Source: Lytechinus pictus
Taxonomy: Eukaryota
Direction of reading: 5' to 3'
Assembly: GCF_037042905.1 (NCBI RefSeq)
Contig: NC_087246.1
Location: 7,628,001-7,692,000, forward strand
Length of the DNA stretch: 64,000 nucleotides
Of the stretch, positions 1 to 13,105 are shown in pieces (position 1 is the first letter of the stretch; each line of letters begins with the position of its first letter). The translations under genes and the position numbers were made by a program. Under the pieces are notes generated by a model that was not told the DNA's origin, did not search any database, and saw nothing but the letters and a program-made list of their open reading frames with translations.

Positions 1-88
1 CCCTTCCAGTTTTTTTTTATATATAGTCTTCTGTTTTTTGTTCTTTTTTCACTCACACTCAGCGGGTTACTATATCAGTTACACCCTT

Positions 89-89
<1 letters not shown>

Positions 90-135
<46 letters not shown>
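90..135. repeat. (TA)n microsatellite
   Basis: Pure TA run; similar runs at about 10085-10121 and 12587-12628. Confidence 0.95.
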
Positions 136-137
<2 letters not shown>

Positions 138-624
138 CTTTTCATATACATTGCTTTTTGGATATATTTACATATTTTTACTCTTACAGGTTTAATTTTA
201 CACTCACTTACTTATCTTAGTTTGTTTATTACTCCATCATACATACTTATGTATTTTGCACCTTATCAGTTTTCCCCACTCTTATGCACCAGTTTATTAT
301 GTCTTTCTTTGTTACCTGTTTGACCCACCTCTCACTAATTCTCTTGTTATTCATCTCTTCCTCATACCCTCTATCACTGTTTTGTTCCAGATCCTGTTTG
401 ATGTTGCCTGCCTCACATCGTAATCCCTCTTGGCTTAAGGTCTTTCCTTGGCCTTACACCCACTTCTCTTTGTGTCTGCCCACTCCTTTTCTTTCATCCC
501 CTTCATTAACCTGATTGGTCATCTCTTCTCACTAATGCCCCTTTTGTCTCCTTGTTTCTAGTGTTGCTGTTGAATGTCTGTGGTCTATATTATGGTTGTT
601 CCACTTTATATGTTTGTCATTTTG

Positions 625-661
625 CCTCCGACGAAGATTCTGCTAGGATCGAAAGCTTAGG
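625..661 (+). ncRNA. Minimal type-I hammerhead ribozyme motif of the Penelope pseudo-LTR (variant core)
   Basis: cct-CCGACGA-a-gattc-tgcta-ggatc-GAAA-gctt-agg. Stem I cct/agg, stem II gattc/ggatc, palindromic AAGCTT stem III; lies just upstream of a PLE ORF. Core reads CCGA rather than canonical CUGA. Confidence 0.65.
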
Positions 662-791
662 TCCCTTTTGATTCTTATTTACTCCATTGGCTCTTTTTTT
701 AGATAAGCAGTTTTCAGCAGCTTGTTTTTGCCATTGATCTCGTTTTCTGCTGTTGTATCACTCCCATGTGATCCTCCTTATCTAATTTGTC

Positions 792-1680
792 TTGTTTTAT
801 CCATATTGTTTGATTTTTCTGTATTTGTACTTTAGTGTTTTCTTTTTTACTTTCTTTCCACAGTCTTTTCACCAGGACAATTACAAATTTTATTCCCTCA
901 ATCACATTATACCCACAGGCCTCCAACTTCATTGCACTCCCTGTCTCGTTACTCTCACACCTGAACTTCGCAAACGCTGGAACCAGACCTTACATGGAGG
1001 TTCAGTTCGACTAATTAACATCCTCTCTGAACAGGGTATTGCTTCTCTTGATTCCTTTTCAGTTGACATCAGCAGCTTGGAAGACGAACTACGTTCTTGT
1101 TGTACCCACATCCAGTGGCTTCAGTATAATGATGAAATTGAATCTGATCTCTCTAAACACAGGTCTCTCCTCACTGAACGCAGGAACAAGAAAATAGGTA
1201 ACCTCACAAAGAAGCGACAACGATCAAACAAATTTAGATGACGTACCAACAACAATGATGCATCCCCCCATTTGGTTGTTAATCTCTCATCCTCCCCTCT
1301 CTCCCAAGCAGAAACCTCTCTTCTATCTAAAGGTCTCAAGTTTTGTCCAACGCCACCAGAAGTTGAACAGATAGCTCTCAGCCAAGACCTCTCTACATTC
1401 TATCGCAGGATACGTCTCAAAGAGTTCTTTTTAGATGAACCCCCTTCTGATCCAGAGCCCTTCTACCGGAAAAGCACATGGACCCCACCCAAGAATAGAG
1501 TTCCTTCCCTTGAAACTTACATTCAAGCTGTCTCATCCCAAGTTTGCTCCACATATACCCTCGACACCAGAGCACATGACAACCTTCCTCGAGAAGAACG
1601 CCAGGCTCTCTCATCACTCAAAAACAGGTCCGACATCATCATCATGCCTGCAGACAAAGGATCAGCCGTCGTCGTCAATT
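792..1680 (+). mobile_element. Penelope-like retroelement, 5' part of ORF (one nonsense codon, truncated just after the DKG motif)
   Basis: ORFs 792-1241 and 1272-1691 share a frame. VVNLSSSPLSQAETSLLSKGLKFCPTP and DIIIMPADKGSAVVV are hallmark PLE motifs. Confidence 0.9.
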
Positions 1681-2988
1681 CTTTGAATTGAGGCCTATTC
1701 ATGCTTTAACATGATTTAACATCGATGTATAAAACCTATTTTTTTTTCCTTCACTTTTTTATCTGACAATAAATTAAATCTTAATTTTTGTTTCACCTGC
1801 TTAGCAGAGTGAGACTAGAGGCGCCGCTTTCCCGACGGCGGCGGCGTCGACACCAAATCTTAACCTAAGGTTAAGTTTTTGAATGACAGCATAAATTAAA
1901 ATATATATAAACCTAGTTCATGAAACTTGGCCATAAATTTGATCAAGTATTACTGAACATACTGCATGAGTTTCAGGTCACATGACTAAGGTCAAAAGTC
2001 ATTTAGGGCCAATGAACTTAGACCATGTTGGGGAATCAGCATCAAAATATTAACCTAAGGTTAACTTTTTGAAATGTCATCATAACTTAGAAAATATATG
2101 AACCTAGTTCATTAAACTTGTACATAAGGTTAATAAAGTATTATTGAATATCCTGCTTGAGTTTCACGTCACATGACCAAGGTCAAAGGTTATTTAGGTT
2201 CAATGAACTTTGGACAAATTGGAGGTACCTGTTGAATTACCATCATAATTTAAAAAGTTTATGGATCTGATTCATGAAACCTTGGACATAATAGTAATCA
2301 AGTATCACTGAACATCCTGTACAAGTCTCAGGTCACATGATTAAGGTCAAAGGTCATTTAGGGTCAAAGAAATTTGGACAAATTGGGGGTATTTGTTGAA
2401 TTACCATCATAACTTTGAAAGTTTATTGGTCTAGTTCATAAAACTTGGAGTAATCAAGTATCACTGAACATCCTGTGCGAATTTCAGGTCACATGACTAA
2501 CATCAAAGGTCAACAAACTCTGGCCATAATGGGGTATCTGTTGAATTACCATCATAACTTTGAGAGTTTATGGATCTGATTCATGAAACTTGGTCATCAG
2601 AGTAATCAAGTATCTATGAACATCCAGTTTGAGTTTCAGGTCACACAACCAGGGTCAAAGGTATTTAAGGTCAATGATCCTTGGCCATATTTGTTGAATT
2701 ACCATCATATCTCTGTAAGTGTATCGGTCTAGTTCATAAAAAGTGGACATTAGAGTAACCAAGTATCACTGAACATCTTCTGCGAGTTTCATTTCACATG
2801 ACTAAAATCAAAGGTAATTTAAGGTCATTGAACTTTGGCCATTTTAGAGGTAATTATTAGATTGCTGTCATAACTTTCAAAGTTTAAAGATATAGTGTAT
2901 AAAATGTTGATACAGGAGTAATCAATTATCACTGACAATTTTTAGGTCACATGATGAAGGTCAAATGTCAATGAACGTAGTATTGTAT

Positions 2989-4784
2989 TGTGAAGAATTC
3001 GGGATTTACACTTAGGCGATCATCTTTTGTGACGTATTATGATGATTATTACGCGCAGTATGATTTGTCATTTAAATTTATTATAAGGTGCGCAAAATTG
3101 TTATGCTTTATTTACATACGCGATTTCCTACCAAAACAAATTAATTAATAAAATGCGCATATTTGATCACTTTTGAATTAACATTAGAAGGAAAGGTCGG
3201 CTGAAACTAATTCTTGAGACTGAGCATTGTTTGATAACAGCAAGAAACAGGTGAATATTAATTCTCTCTTTTATGACATATTCCTATTAATTGACAAATT
3301 TTGCCGAGACATTTGATGATTTTAATGATTGTTTTGGACTTTAAATATTAGAGAGTATTTGCGAGAGATTTTATCATTAATCGATTGATTTATTTTGTTT
3401 ATCTTAGAAAAGCACCATGAACGTGTGGAGGCGAAGGCTAAGGGCTTTTGTAACATAATTTCGATTTTTATATGTCACCATTCCTTCTTTAGTGTTAGTT
3501 TAATTTTATTTCTTTTTAATGCCTTTTTTTAAGAGTTATTTTATATAGTATTTCGTAGTTAGTTAGATTAAGGATTGAGTTACAGGCTCATATTTAGAAA
3601 AGGGTAATTAAGTACATGGAAACAGAGTATCGTATCATTTTGCTTGAATGTGTTTTTTAGGAATAGTCTTTGTCTTTATGTTGAACTTGTCATTTTGTAT
3701 TGTGAGATAGGAATGGAGTAAGTCGACTACTCTCATTCATAGGTTGTAGTTTTTATTAGCTTATCTCTTTGACAGTGGCATTCAGGAGGCTGTATAGCCT
3801 TGCGGCTGAGTTGCCAATAAAGAAGAATGTTAAAAGTTCTAGATTTGCACCGACAAAGTGAGTGACTTCTACGAGACTTAGGAAAGGTAGAGAGTGAAAT
3901 TCCCTGTGGGGTGATTTTGTTTTTGGCAGTATTTCACTGTATTTTTGGAGAAAGAGCAACAAGGCCAGTTGCTGACGGTGTCTGTTGACGGAGCTGGGGC
4001 TTGGTATATTGAATACTGCAGGCAGTTAGAACACAGTAAACTAGATAATTTCAGGAGTGCCTAGAAAAGACTTGTTTGTTTATTGAAGTGAGAATTATAG
4101 AATTGAGTTTATGATGAAAAGATACCAATTTATTTGGTCAATTTTTATGTGCCAATTCTTTGGCCTATTTTCTTTCAAAAGATACCAATTTAGTTGGTCA
4201 ACTTTTTAAATGCCAATTTTATAAATTGGTTTATATATTTTTCTTGGATGAGTGATCATTCATTGCTAGGATTATTTAATATTACATGTACTTGATTTGA
4301 GCCTAGATATAAATCATTTATGCACGTAGTTAAGAAATAATTCAGCTGTATAGAATCAGATTGTTGTATAATTGATTACATAATAATAAGCTTCCATCTT
4401 GGAGGCGTTATTGGAAATTTAATGCAACATTTTCTGCTAATTTCCTTCTGTCTGGTATTTAGTTAAATTGTTTGAAGTCATGTGGTTTATGGTGATTTAT
4501 GATTGTTGACGATGACTGTCTTGTGTGATTGATTGATTGATTGATTGATAATCTATTTGATTAATTGCAGCACGTCTCTATATTGGAGACAACTTACCCG
4601 CCATTGAGCTCGGATAGGCTACCCGTGAACCCGGTTGAGATTTGAGTATGTGTACATGGTTGTATTGTGGATATATATCTTTATTTACTGGAATTTATTC
4701 CAAATTATTCTGAGTTGCGGCCTCAGTATAATCACCCGCATGGTGGCAGCATTTACCAGGAGTTTTAGGGGGTTTCACGTTACA
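2989..4784. mobile_element. Solo LTR (~1.8 kb), probably Gypsy
   Basis: Starts TGTGAAG, ends GTTACA; exact 4-bp TSD gtat at 2985-2988 and 4785-4788; non-coding. Confidence 0.75.
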
Positions 4785-4797
4785 GTATCATTATGTA

Positions 4798-4799
<2 letters not shown>

Positions 4800-4830
<31 letters not shown>

Positions 4831-7068
4831 TGGTTCTTATATAGCGCATAATCAATTTAAATTGCTCTATGCGCTTTGTATAAATTGCTCTCCAATATTA
4901 CAGTTACAACAGAAATAGGTATGTTTTGATTTTTTTTTTCAAATAATTCAACAGTAGTACATGATTGGAGGTGAATTGGTAAACTATTCCATAATTTGGG
5001 ACCGCAAAAATCAAAACTAGCTTCCCCCCTATTGAAACAACTCTAGGAATTTGTAAAATTGTAGTGTCTTCACTAGAACGAAGTCTATAATGTGGCCGGT
5101 GTGGGGATCTAAGTAAACTATAAAGGTATTCGGGTGCCATTTTATGCATACACTTAAAAACTAACAGTGCAACTTTGTAAGATATTCTTTTGTCAACTGG
5201 TAACCAGTGCAAATGCTTTAACAAAGGAGTTGCCCGCTCATACTTCTGAGCTTTCAAGATAATCCTAGCGGCGCGATTTTGAATGCGCTGCAACCTTTCT
5301 CGATCTGTTTTATTGATATTGATCAATAGAGAATTTGAGTAATCTAGCCTACTAAGCACGAGAGATCGGATAGCATGGTTACAAGCTTCATCGGTGAGCA
5401 TTTTTCGTATTCTGCATATATTATAAAGGTGGAAATTAAGAGATTTGCAAAGTGATGTCACTTGATAAGACATGGATAAGGAGGAATCAATGTAAATGCC
5501 AAGAGTTTTAACAAAACTGGAGGGGACAATATCAGTATTACCAACAGACAGTGATAGTGATAACGAGTGTGGAAGATGATGACGAAGTTTAGGAGAAACA
5601 AGTAACAGTGCCTCTGTTTTTGATTCATTTAACTGCAACTTGTTCATCACCATCCACTGATTCACATCATGAATGCAGTTTTCAATTGTTGATATTGCAT
5701 AGTGCAAACTATCTCTATTCTTAGGATCAAAACTATGATATATCTGAATATCATCAGCATAAATATGAAACTGAATATCGTGATTCCTGATGATATTCCC
5801 AAGTGGTTTTACATATAGAGTGAAAAGCAGGGGTCCGAGAACGGACCCATTGCGGTACGCCGAATTCCAATGGATACTTATCCGACCTTTCATTTCCAAT
5901 ACAAACACTGAAATGTCGATCGGTAAGGTACGACCGAAACCATTGCAGCGCCGTCCCAGAGATAGAAAAATCGGAGAACAATCTATCCAACATAATGTTG
6001 TGGTCAACTGTATCAAACGAGGACTTTAGATCAAGCAGGACAAGTACAGCACCATGTTTACTTTGGAATGCCTTATGGAAGTCATACTTCATGCGCAACA
6101 AAGCAGTTTCAGTACTATGATTACACCTATATGCAGATTGAAACGTCTCTTGGAAATCATACATATCTAAATACGAGACTAGTTGGTTTGAAACGACTGT
6201 CTCAATAAGTTTAGTAATTACTAAATTCAGCGGCATCTAGGGTACGTTTTTTCAAAAGAGGGGCAATAATAGCTTCCTTAAATTCGGAAGGAAACTGACC
6301 AGACTGCAATGAGCAATTAATAATTTTCGTGACAGAAGGCGGAAGAAAATCTAGATTACGTTTGACAAGCCAGGTTGGCATCGGGTCAAGTGAACATGAT
6401 TTATTAGCTGAATTAGAAACCATCTTCCTCACATCTGTTTTACTCACTTGAGTAAAATCTGAAAAATTACCACCTTGAGTATGGTCATGATGGTTTAGTA
6501 ATGTAACATGCGAGCGATCCGTCATGTTCATAGCTTGCTCATCAAGAGAACAACGAATTTTGGATACCTTTTCACTGAAAAACTGTACAAAACTATTTGC
6601 AAGCTGTTTATGGTTGAAAGAAAATGGAAGAATCTTCTGTGAGTTTTCAAGTAAAGAATTAATAGTAGCACACATAGATTTTGAGTCGGCCTCTAACAAC
6701 TGATTATTAAAATGCCTACTCTTTGCTCGTAACAATGTTAAGTTAAATATGTTCTTCTGTTTTAGATAAGCTTCATGATCACTTTCAGATTTGGACTTCA
6801 TCCATTTTCTTTCTAATTTCCTTCGTTCCCTCCTTAGTGAATGGATGCGATCGTTATACCAAGGACCACATGGTCTCATTTTCCTAACCCCAATTATTAA
6901 CAGACTGATTGTAATGTTTCACCTGATCGTTTACACTATCGTCCCCAAGGATACATGGACCCTGTAGTGCTATTTTAAGCTCCGAGGCAAATGTATCTTC
7001 ATCTATTTGACGATAGTTCCTGGACTTTATGAGCATCTTTTGTGATTTATTCTTTGCAAAGCTGAGAT
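4800..7068 (-). mobile_element. 5'-truncated L2/CR1-group LINE ORF2 (RT), frameshifted
   Basis: PWYNDRI..RRKLERKW, KSCSLDPMPTWL, FQSAYRCNHSTETALL, GSVLGPLLFTLY, YADDIQIY, LHWLPVDKRISYK; (ATT)n tail at 4800-4828; tatgaat repeated at both ends. Confidence 0.92.
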
Positions 7069-7334
7069 TATGAATGGTGCTTTTTGTGAATAATTATTGC
7101 AGAGTAGTTTTCAAAGTCAGCACTCGCGTGATGCAGGTGAGACAGCCAGAGTCATTCCACTTGTCCCCCCTGATGTTTCACTTTTAGTATTAATTATTTG
7201 AACTTTTTTGCTGTATATTATTATTCCTAATTATTTGGAATCTTTCCTTTTTATGTGTGTATTCTCTCTTTATGCAGGACCATTATGTGAAACAGCCTGC
7301 GAGCTGATTATTGTTCAACATGTTGAAATATGAA

Positions 7335-8832
7335 ACATCCAAAAAAGTTCAAATTTACTAACATTTGTATTGTTTGCTGACGATTCGAACATTTTCTTTT
7401 CTCATGATAACGTAAACCAACTTGTAAGAATTGTAAACTCAGAACTTATACATGTCACTGACTGGATTAAGGCGAACAAACTATCACTTAACATACAAAA
7501 GACGAATTTTATGCTTTTTAGTAACAGAATAAATACAATACCTGATAACATAATTTTTGATAATACTGTTCTTGAAAACGTTTCAGAGACCAGATTTTTG
7601 GGGGTTACTATTGACAATAAGCTATCATGGAAACAACACATCAATAACATATGCAAAACAATTTCAAGAAACATCGGAATTATCAACAAACTCAAATATT
7701 TTCTCCCATCTCACACTTTACTTACACTGTATCATACATTAATACTACCATACATTAATTATGGCATTTTGGCGTGGGGTTGTGCGATCCAAGCACAATT
7801 ACAAAGAATACTGTTGCTACAGAAGAAGGCTCTTAGAATAATTTTTCAAACCCAATTTAGATCACACACAGATATACTATTCTTCCAAAATAATATTCTT
7901 AAAGTGAGCGATTTATATCTTTTCCAACTCGCCCAATTTATGTATAAACTAAACAAAGATGATCTCCCAACAATTTTTTCAAATATGTTCTGTAAAAACT
8001 CCTCTATACACGATTACCCAACGAGACAACGTAACTGTTATCACCTACCCCCTACCCGTACTATATTAGCGAAAAACTCTTTTATATTTTTTGGACCTGT
8101 GTACTGGAATTCTCTGCCCAACGACTTTAAAGAATCTACAAACCTTAATATTTTTAAACGCAAACTTAAAAAGATGCTCATTTGTCAATACTCCACACCA
8201 ACAAGTCAAGCTAACATAACCTAAACTAAAACTACATAATAACTTAAACTTTAACTACCAATAAATTTGTCAAACTTTACTTATAAAAAAAAAACTACAA
8301 CATGATACAATACATTACGACCTGTGCACCTGCCATGTTCCTCTCTTCATTTGCACTTTTTATTTGCACCTCCCTTTCTCCCTCTTTCTTTCCTTTGCCA
8401 CTTTTCCCTCCCTACTATGATTTCGTAAGCACTTTTTTGTGTGTTACCACTTTAATTATTATTATTTGAATCATTTTCTCTTATTTTTTGTTGTCGCTCA
8501 TTCGTTTTATTTTTTATACTTGTGGATTGTCTTCTGTGTCCGTCTCTATTTATGTATAGAGTTGTATATATAGTTTATTTATAATTAGTATTGAAACTAA
8601 GTTTAGGGGCTTGCCTTCTCTACAAGCTTTTGCTTTTTTTGGCAAGTCCCTCCGTTCATTTCTTGTTTGTCTTCATTGATAAAATTACTGTAACAAAGTG
8701 TAGTTTTGATTTAAATTCGTTACGAAATTTTATTGATTTGTCTGTATTACCAATTATTTTGAATATGTATTGTTATTTTGTTTATATTTTGAAAAAAAAT
8801 TGAACGGAAATAAATAAATCTAAATAAATCTA
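7335..8832 (+). mobile_element. 5'-truncated L2/Crack-type LINE (RT C-terminus, 3'UTR)
   Basis: ORF 7370-8224: FADDSNIF, WIKANKLSLNIQKTNFM, FLGVTIDNKLSW, PYINYGILAWG, GPVYWNSLP. 3' hairpin ggggcttgcc..ggcaagtccc and aaataaat(ct) tail. Confidence 0.92.
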
Positions 8833-9917
8833 AAAATATGTTTTAATGAAATAAATGAAGTTACCAGTAATATTATTAAAGGATATTTTAAAATCATCCA
8901 GTAAATAAATTAAAGCTTCCGCTCATAGAATTCTAGAAGGGCCTACTCTGATGAGAAGTTAAAACGATATTGAAACCCCCAAATGCTTAAAACAGAAAAT
9001 CACTTGCGCTAGACGCTCACAATTATTCTTTTTCAAAGTGATATTACATATATTTATGGATTCTTTTTCTTCATGAACACATCATTGAAAAAGTTGGTAT
9101 TTTATTGCCTTTTTTCATGTGACTATGAAATAAGATAATTCAACATGGATTTAAGACATTTATGTTCGCCTGGCGGGGAGGGAGAAGGCGCCATTTTGTC
9201 GAAAAATATACAGGGGCGCCAAAATCAAGTCAAATTCGGGCCTGCTACTGGGATACCTCTAGGGCAATGGCCAAGATTGCAGTTTCTTTCATCTTTGCAA
9301 TGTCCTAAGAGTACACATACATGGCCGAGGACACGGAATTTTGTTCATGTACAATGCAAACAATGGGAAAAAATCGACCCGGCTGTAGCCGGTATTAACG
9401 AGGACCTCCTGATTCTTACAAGGAGCCTTCCGGAAGCATTCGGTAGCTACTCGGATGCACAATATGACTACAAGGATAAACCCGGATGATTATCTGTCCG
9501 TGTACTCTGGGATGAAAAATTGAACATGTTCAATTTTTCTAGAAGGTCCTACTCTGATATTGAAAGAGTTATGTCCATTTCAGTAAACGATGGCCATCTT
9601 GGATGCCATCAGGAATATAACGTCTTTCCCGGACGCAAATTTTGGTAGATTTTTATTGTTATTCCCGAAGTAAAAAAGTACAAAAACAATTGAAAAACAT
9701 TTCGTTGCAATTTTTTCGGGAATATGGGTGTTTTGGGTTGTATATTGACCCGAATATGAGTATACCACCAAAGATTTCGCCCTGTTTTGGGGATTTGGCT
9801 TCTACCTCATTTTGATTTAATTTGACATTTCTTTGTGTCATTCCACTGCGTGAGCATCTTCGATTTGCTTACTAACATGACTACTGAATATGTGTACGAA
9901 TGATATAATAACATTAC

Positions 9918-9983
9918 CTTGTGTATCAGGTGGAGGGACACTGTGGCTGCGAAAATAATTGCTCTCGTTCTCACGATCTCCTC
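9918..9983 (-). CDS. Candidate 66-nt phase1-1 exon of the death-domain gene: (G)GDRENESNYFRSHSVPPPDTQ
   Basis: Acceptor ttcatttag|, donor aag|gtaatg, open in phase, in non-repeat sequence. Confidence 0.6.
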
Positions 9984-10083
9984 CTAAATGAATATTTAAA
10001 ATAAACACTCACTTTAAGTATTTATCAATATTAAAGGGCAGTTAGCATTAAAAAATGTTAGAGGAACCTGACCATGCTTCACG

Positions 10084-10124
<41 letters not shown>

Positions 10125-10477
10125 CCTTTTATTTTTGACTTTTGTGTTATTACAAATATACATTTGGATTAATTAATTTCATATTAGTTCAGTTTAATTG
10201 TAAGAAAAAAGTATTTAAAAGCTTAAAATGTGCATAGGCCCTATATTTCAAAAAGAGGAACGTAATCATTATTTTTGATATTCCAACCAGCCAATGCCAG
10301 CAGATTCATTATCGTCCCTAATTTAGTTGGGGGTGTTGTTCAAAATGTATTTGATATCAGTGGGCATAAAGCACATTGCTGATGAAAATATAAATAAGAT
10401 AGATCATTAGGTTTCTTTCTTCAGCCAGCCTTTCCCCTTCCGCACGCATTTTTAAGCAAAAATTTGCAAAAACCTAC

Positions 10478-10543
10478 CTTCATTTCTTTGACGTGTTGAT
10501 TCTCTTCGTATATCCTGTCTAGACATGCTGAGTTGATGATTAC
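10478..10543 (-). CDS. Candidate 66-nt phase1-1 exon of the death-domain gene: (G)NHQLSMSRQDIRRESTRQRNE
   Basis: Acceptor tattatgtag|, donor aag|gtaggt, open in phase; compatible with the death-domain exon donor. Confidence 0.62.
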
Positions 10544-10871
10544 CTACATAATATAGATTTATAAAGCGTGTATAAATGTTTATACTTGATATTTGTATAT
10601 GTACATAGTTTTTTCTGCTATTTGTTTTAATAATTAAAAAAAAGAAATTCATCAGGTTGTTAGATTATATAAATGCATATGTTATTAATAATGCAATTTG
10701 CTCATTATATTATGCTAAGAAAAAATGATTAAACTTGTATATACTTTTGTTATTGGAATGTGGAAATAAATAGATCAAATCAAATCAAAACATTCAGAGA
10801 TTTGACTACACAATAAGTCAGGGAGGTCAGGTTTTTGTTTCATATATACATACACCCACTTACCCCCTTAA

Positions 10872-12548
10872 GGACGTTCCACAGTTAAAATGAAGTCCAT
10901 GTCATTCTCACCAAATTTTGCAGAGAGTTACTTTGGTATCTCTGCATTATGAAAATGCCAAAAATAATCGCCGTATGTGAATGATATAAAATATTGCGCA
11001 ATCATGAGAATTATGCCTCTCTTATACCTCACGAATTCACCAAATGAGTTTGAATCATCTTCACTCTCTCTAGTATGTCCTTAATGACTTAGCTGAGTTG
11101 AGATGCCCTATCCTTTTCCATTCCCCTGGTAACAATTGAAGAGCTTTCAGAAGCCATAGTGATCCAACAGAAGAATAAGATCTATAGGCAATTTAGGATT
11201 ATTGAAGACAGATACAATAAAGATCCAGGGTAATCATGATACGCTCTAGTGATTATTAAATATCTGAGTCTGAGGTCCTCTTCAGGAACTACTGGTTAGA
11301 GTCATATAGCTTTCACCAAGCATATATAGATGGGACTGAAGTAGAAGACAAGAAGTTTCAGCTTGGATTTTGAAGTAGAAATTATGGGGTTTTACTCACT
11401 CTTTCTCAATAGAAAAACCATCAAAATGCTCCTGGTTACTTTCAGAATGTGTAACTTAGTAGATACCAAAGTAGGAGAAAGTCTTTTAATTGGTAAATCA
11501 ATATCTATTCGGAGTCAGCAGTGCCCTCATTTGGCAAGTATGGTGCAAAAACTCGGAAAAAACATTATTGCATAAAACTTCATCAAACTTTCAGAATGTG
11601 TAACATAGTAGATACCAAAGTAGGAGAAAGTCTTTTAATTGGTAAATCTATATCTATTCGGAGTCAGCAGTGCCCTCATTTGGCAAGTATGGTGCAAAAA
11701 CTCGGAAAAACAAATCTTCAAAGACGTGAATCTACTAAAAATAAAAAAGTGTAGTTTAAGCTGCACTTTATTCAAAATCCATGTCATTTTCATAAAATTC
11801 GGATAAACTGTAAAGAAACGTATATGGAAGATGTAGGGAAGTTACAAATAGAGGGTCCATGTGCTCGTTCTTTAACTATAAGTGTCCAAAATGTTGCGAG
11901 TTGGCTTTAAAATCGCCTAAAATGCGCCGAAAACATGCAAATGTCTAATAACACAGTCTAAATTGCGGATGGTTCCGTAGTCTTGTTCCCAAACTTCGGG
12001 AAAGATGACAAATACTCAACCTCAAAAATGTCAAATTTCAATAACAAATTTGAGGAGTAAAAGAAATTCTTCACATTATTCAAAACCCATGTCATTTTCA
12101 CCAAACTTTGCAAAGTTGTAGAGGAAGGTATACATAGGAGGTGTAAACATTAAAAATATGGGTTCATATGCTTGTTTTCAAACTATCATCACTCTTTAGA
12201 GTAAATGTGCTTCTTAAAACACCCCCAAAACACGCCAAAAGCTTTGAATCTGTGAGAAAAATTCCGAACCACTCTACCATTTAATTTATTCAAACTCGGG
12301 GTCATATTCATCATACTTTGCAGCACTACAGAGAAAATTATTTTGAAATTGTAGAGGAATAAAAAGAATGGTCCATGGAATAATTCAAGTTTCTTAGCTT
12401 CATACACATCGGATCTGCAGTTAGTGCAGATAAGGAGAAAAATCGGCTCACATCTGATTAATCGGCAGTTCATCCATTGTGACGTCAGCGCGCGGAGTGT
12501 AAAATATGCGCAAATCATGATGCGCACAAACATAACTGTGGAACGTCC
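10872..12548. mobile_element. Kolobok-like non-autonomous DNA transposon (TTAA target)
   Basis: ttaa|ggacgttccacagtt ... aactgtggaacgtcc|ttaa. Contains a ~125-bp direct duplication (about 11440-11562 and 11590-11712). Confidence 0.8.
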
Positions 12549-12581
12549 TTAAACACACATATACATATAAATAACACAAAA

Positions 12582-12624
<43 letters not shown>

Positions 12625-12854
12625 TATATTTCCTATAGAAAGAACACATGATCTACTGATAGATACTGATAGATATTCATATGCTCATAACTTTATCATT
12701 GTTTGTCCAATTTTTTTTAAACTTTTGTTGATCTTTTTATTAGATTTTTCTGTTCTCACACAGGCTTTCTTGTTCCAAATATTTCATTCTCCTTTAAAGA
12801 TAAAAAGCAACATAATTTAAAGCAAAACGATTATTATATACAACCACTACGAAC

Positions 12855-13105
12855 CTGCTGAGAAATGTTTTTCCGCTATCTCCGTCATTCCAGCTTTTTC
12901 GAGAGCTGTTTTAAGGGTTGAATCGAAATCGCTGTAGTCTTTTAAAGTATTCGCCCATTTACGAAGCAGTATCTTGTTACCATTGGTGGTTTTAAATCCA
13001 TGTTCCCAGTTTCTCTTGATTGCTTTTGAGATCGCATTGTGTTTGAGCCCCAGTGCCATGCCTAGTAGTCTTACGTCGTTGTCATCGGTTAAGTCTTCCC
13101 CAACA
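12855..13105 (-). CDS. Exon encoding a death domain (death-fold superfamily)
   Basis: Acceptor cattattcatag|; VGEDLTDDNDVRLLGMALGLKHNAISKAIKRNW..GNKILLRKWANTL..LKTALEKAGMTEIAEKHF fits the DD pattern (LG..LGL, LL.KW, L..AL..AG...IAE). Ends at a phase-1 donor cag|gttcgt, or reads on to the TAG at 12849-12847. Confidence 0.8.

Larger units (their letters stand above)
1786..7164 (+). mobile_element. Non-autonomous Helentron/HINE-like element with internal ~150-bp tandem repeats, split by two insertions
   Basis: T-run then tttcacctgc (1791-1800) with nearby partner gcagagtgagac; distal gcaggtgagac (7133-7143) near the 3' end; tandem aggtcacatgac..aaggtcaaaggtc units at 1860-2980. Confidence 0.7.

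Noticed and set aside
1860..2980. CRISPR-like array (also 34740-35312, 47400-48130)
   Set aside because: Whole units are degenerate tandem repeats with no unique spacers or cas genes; eukaryotic context.
4741..4750. PBS-like TGGTGGCAGC
   Set aside because: Inside the TSD-defined solo LTR, only 10 nt, and not followed by internal sequence.
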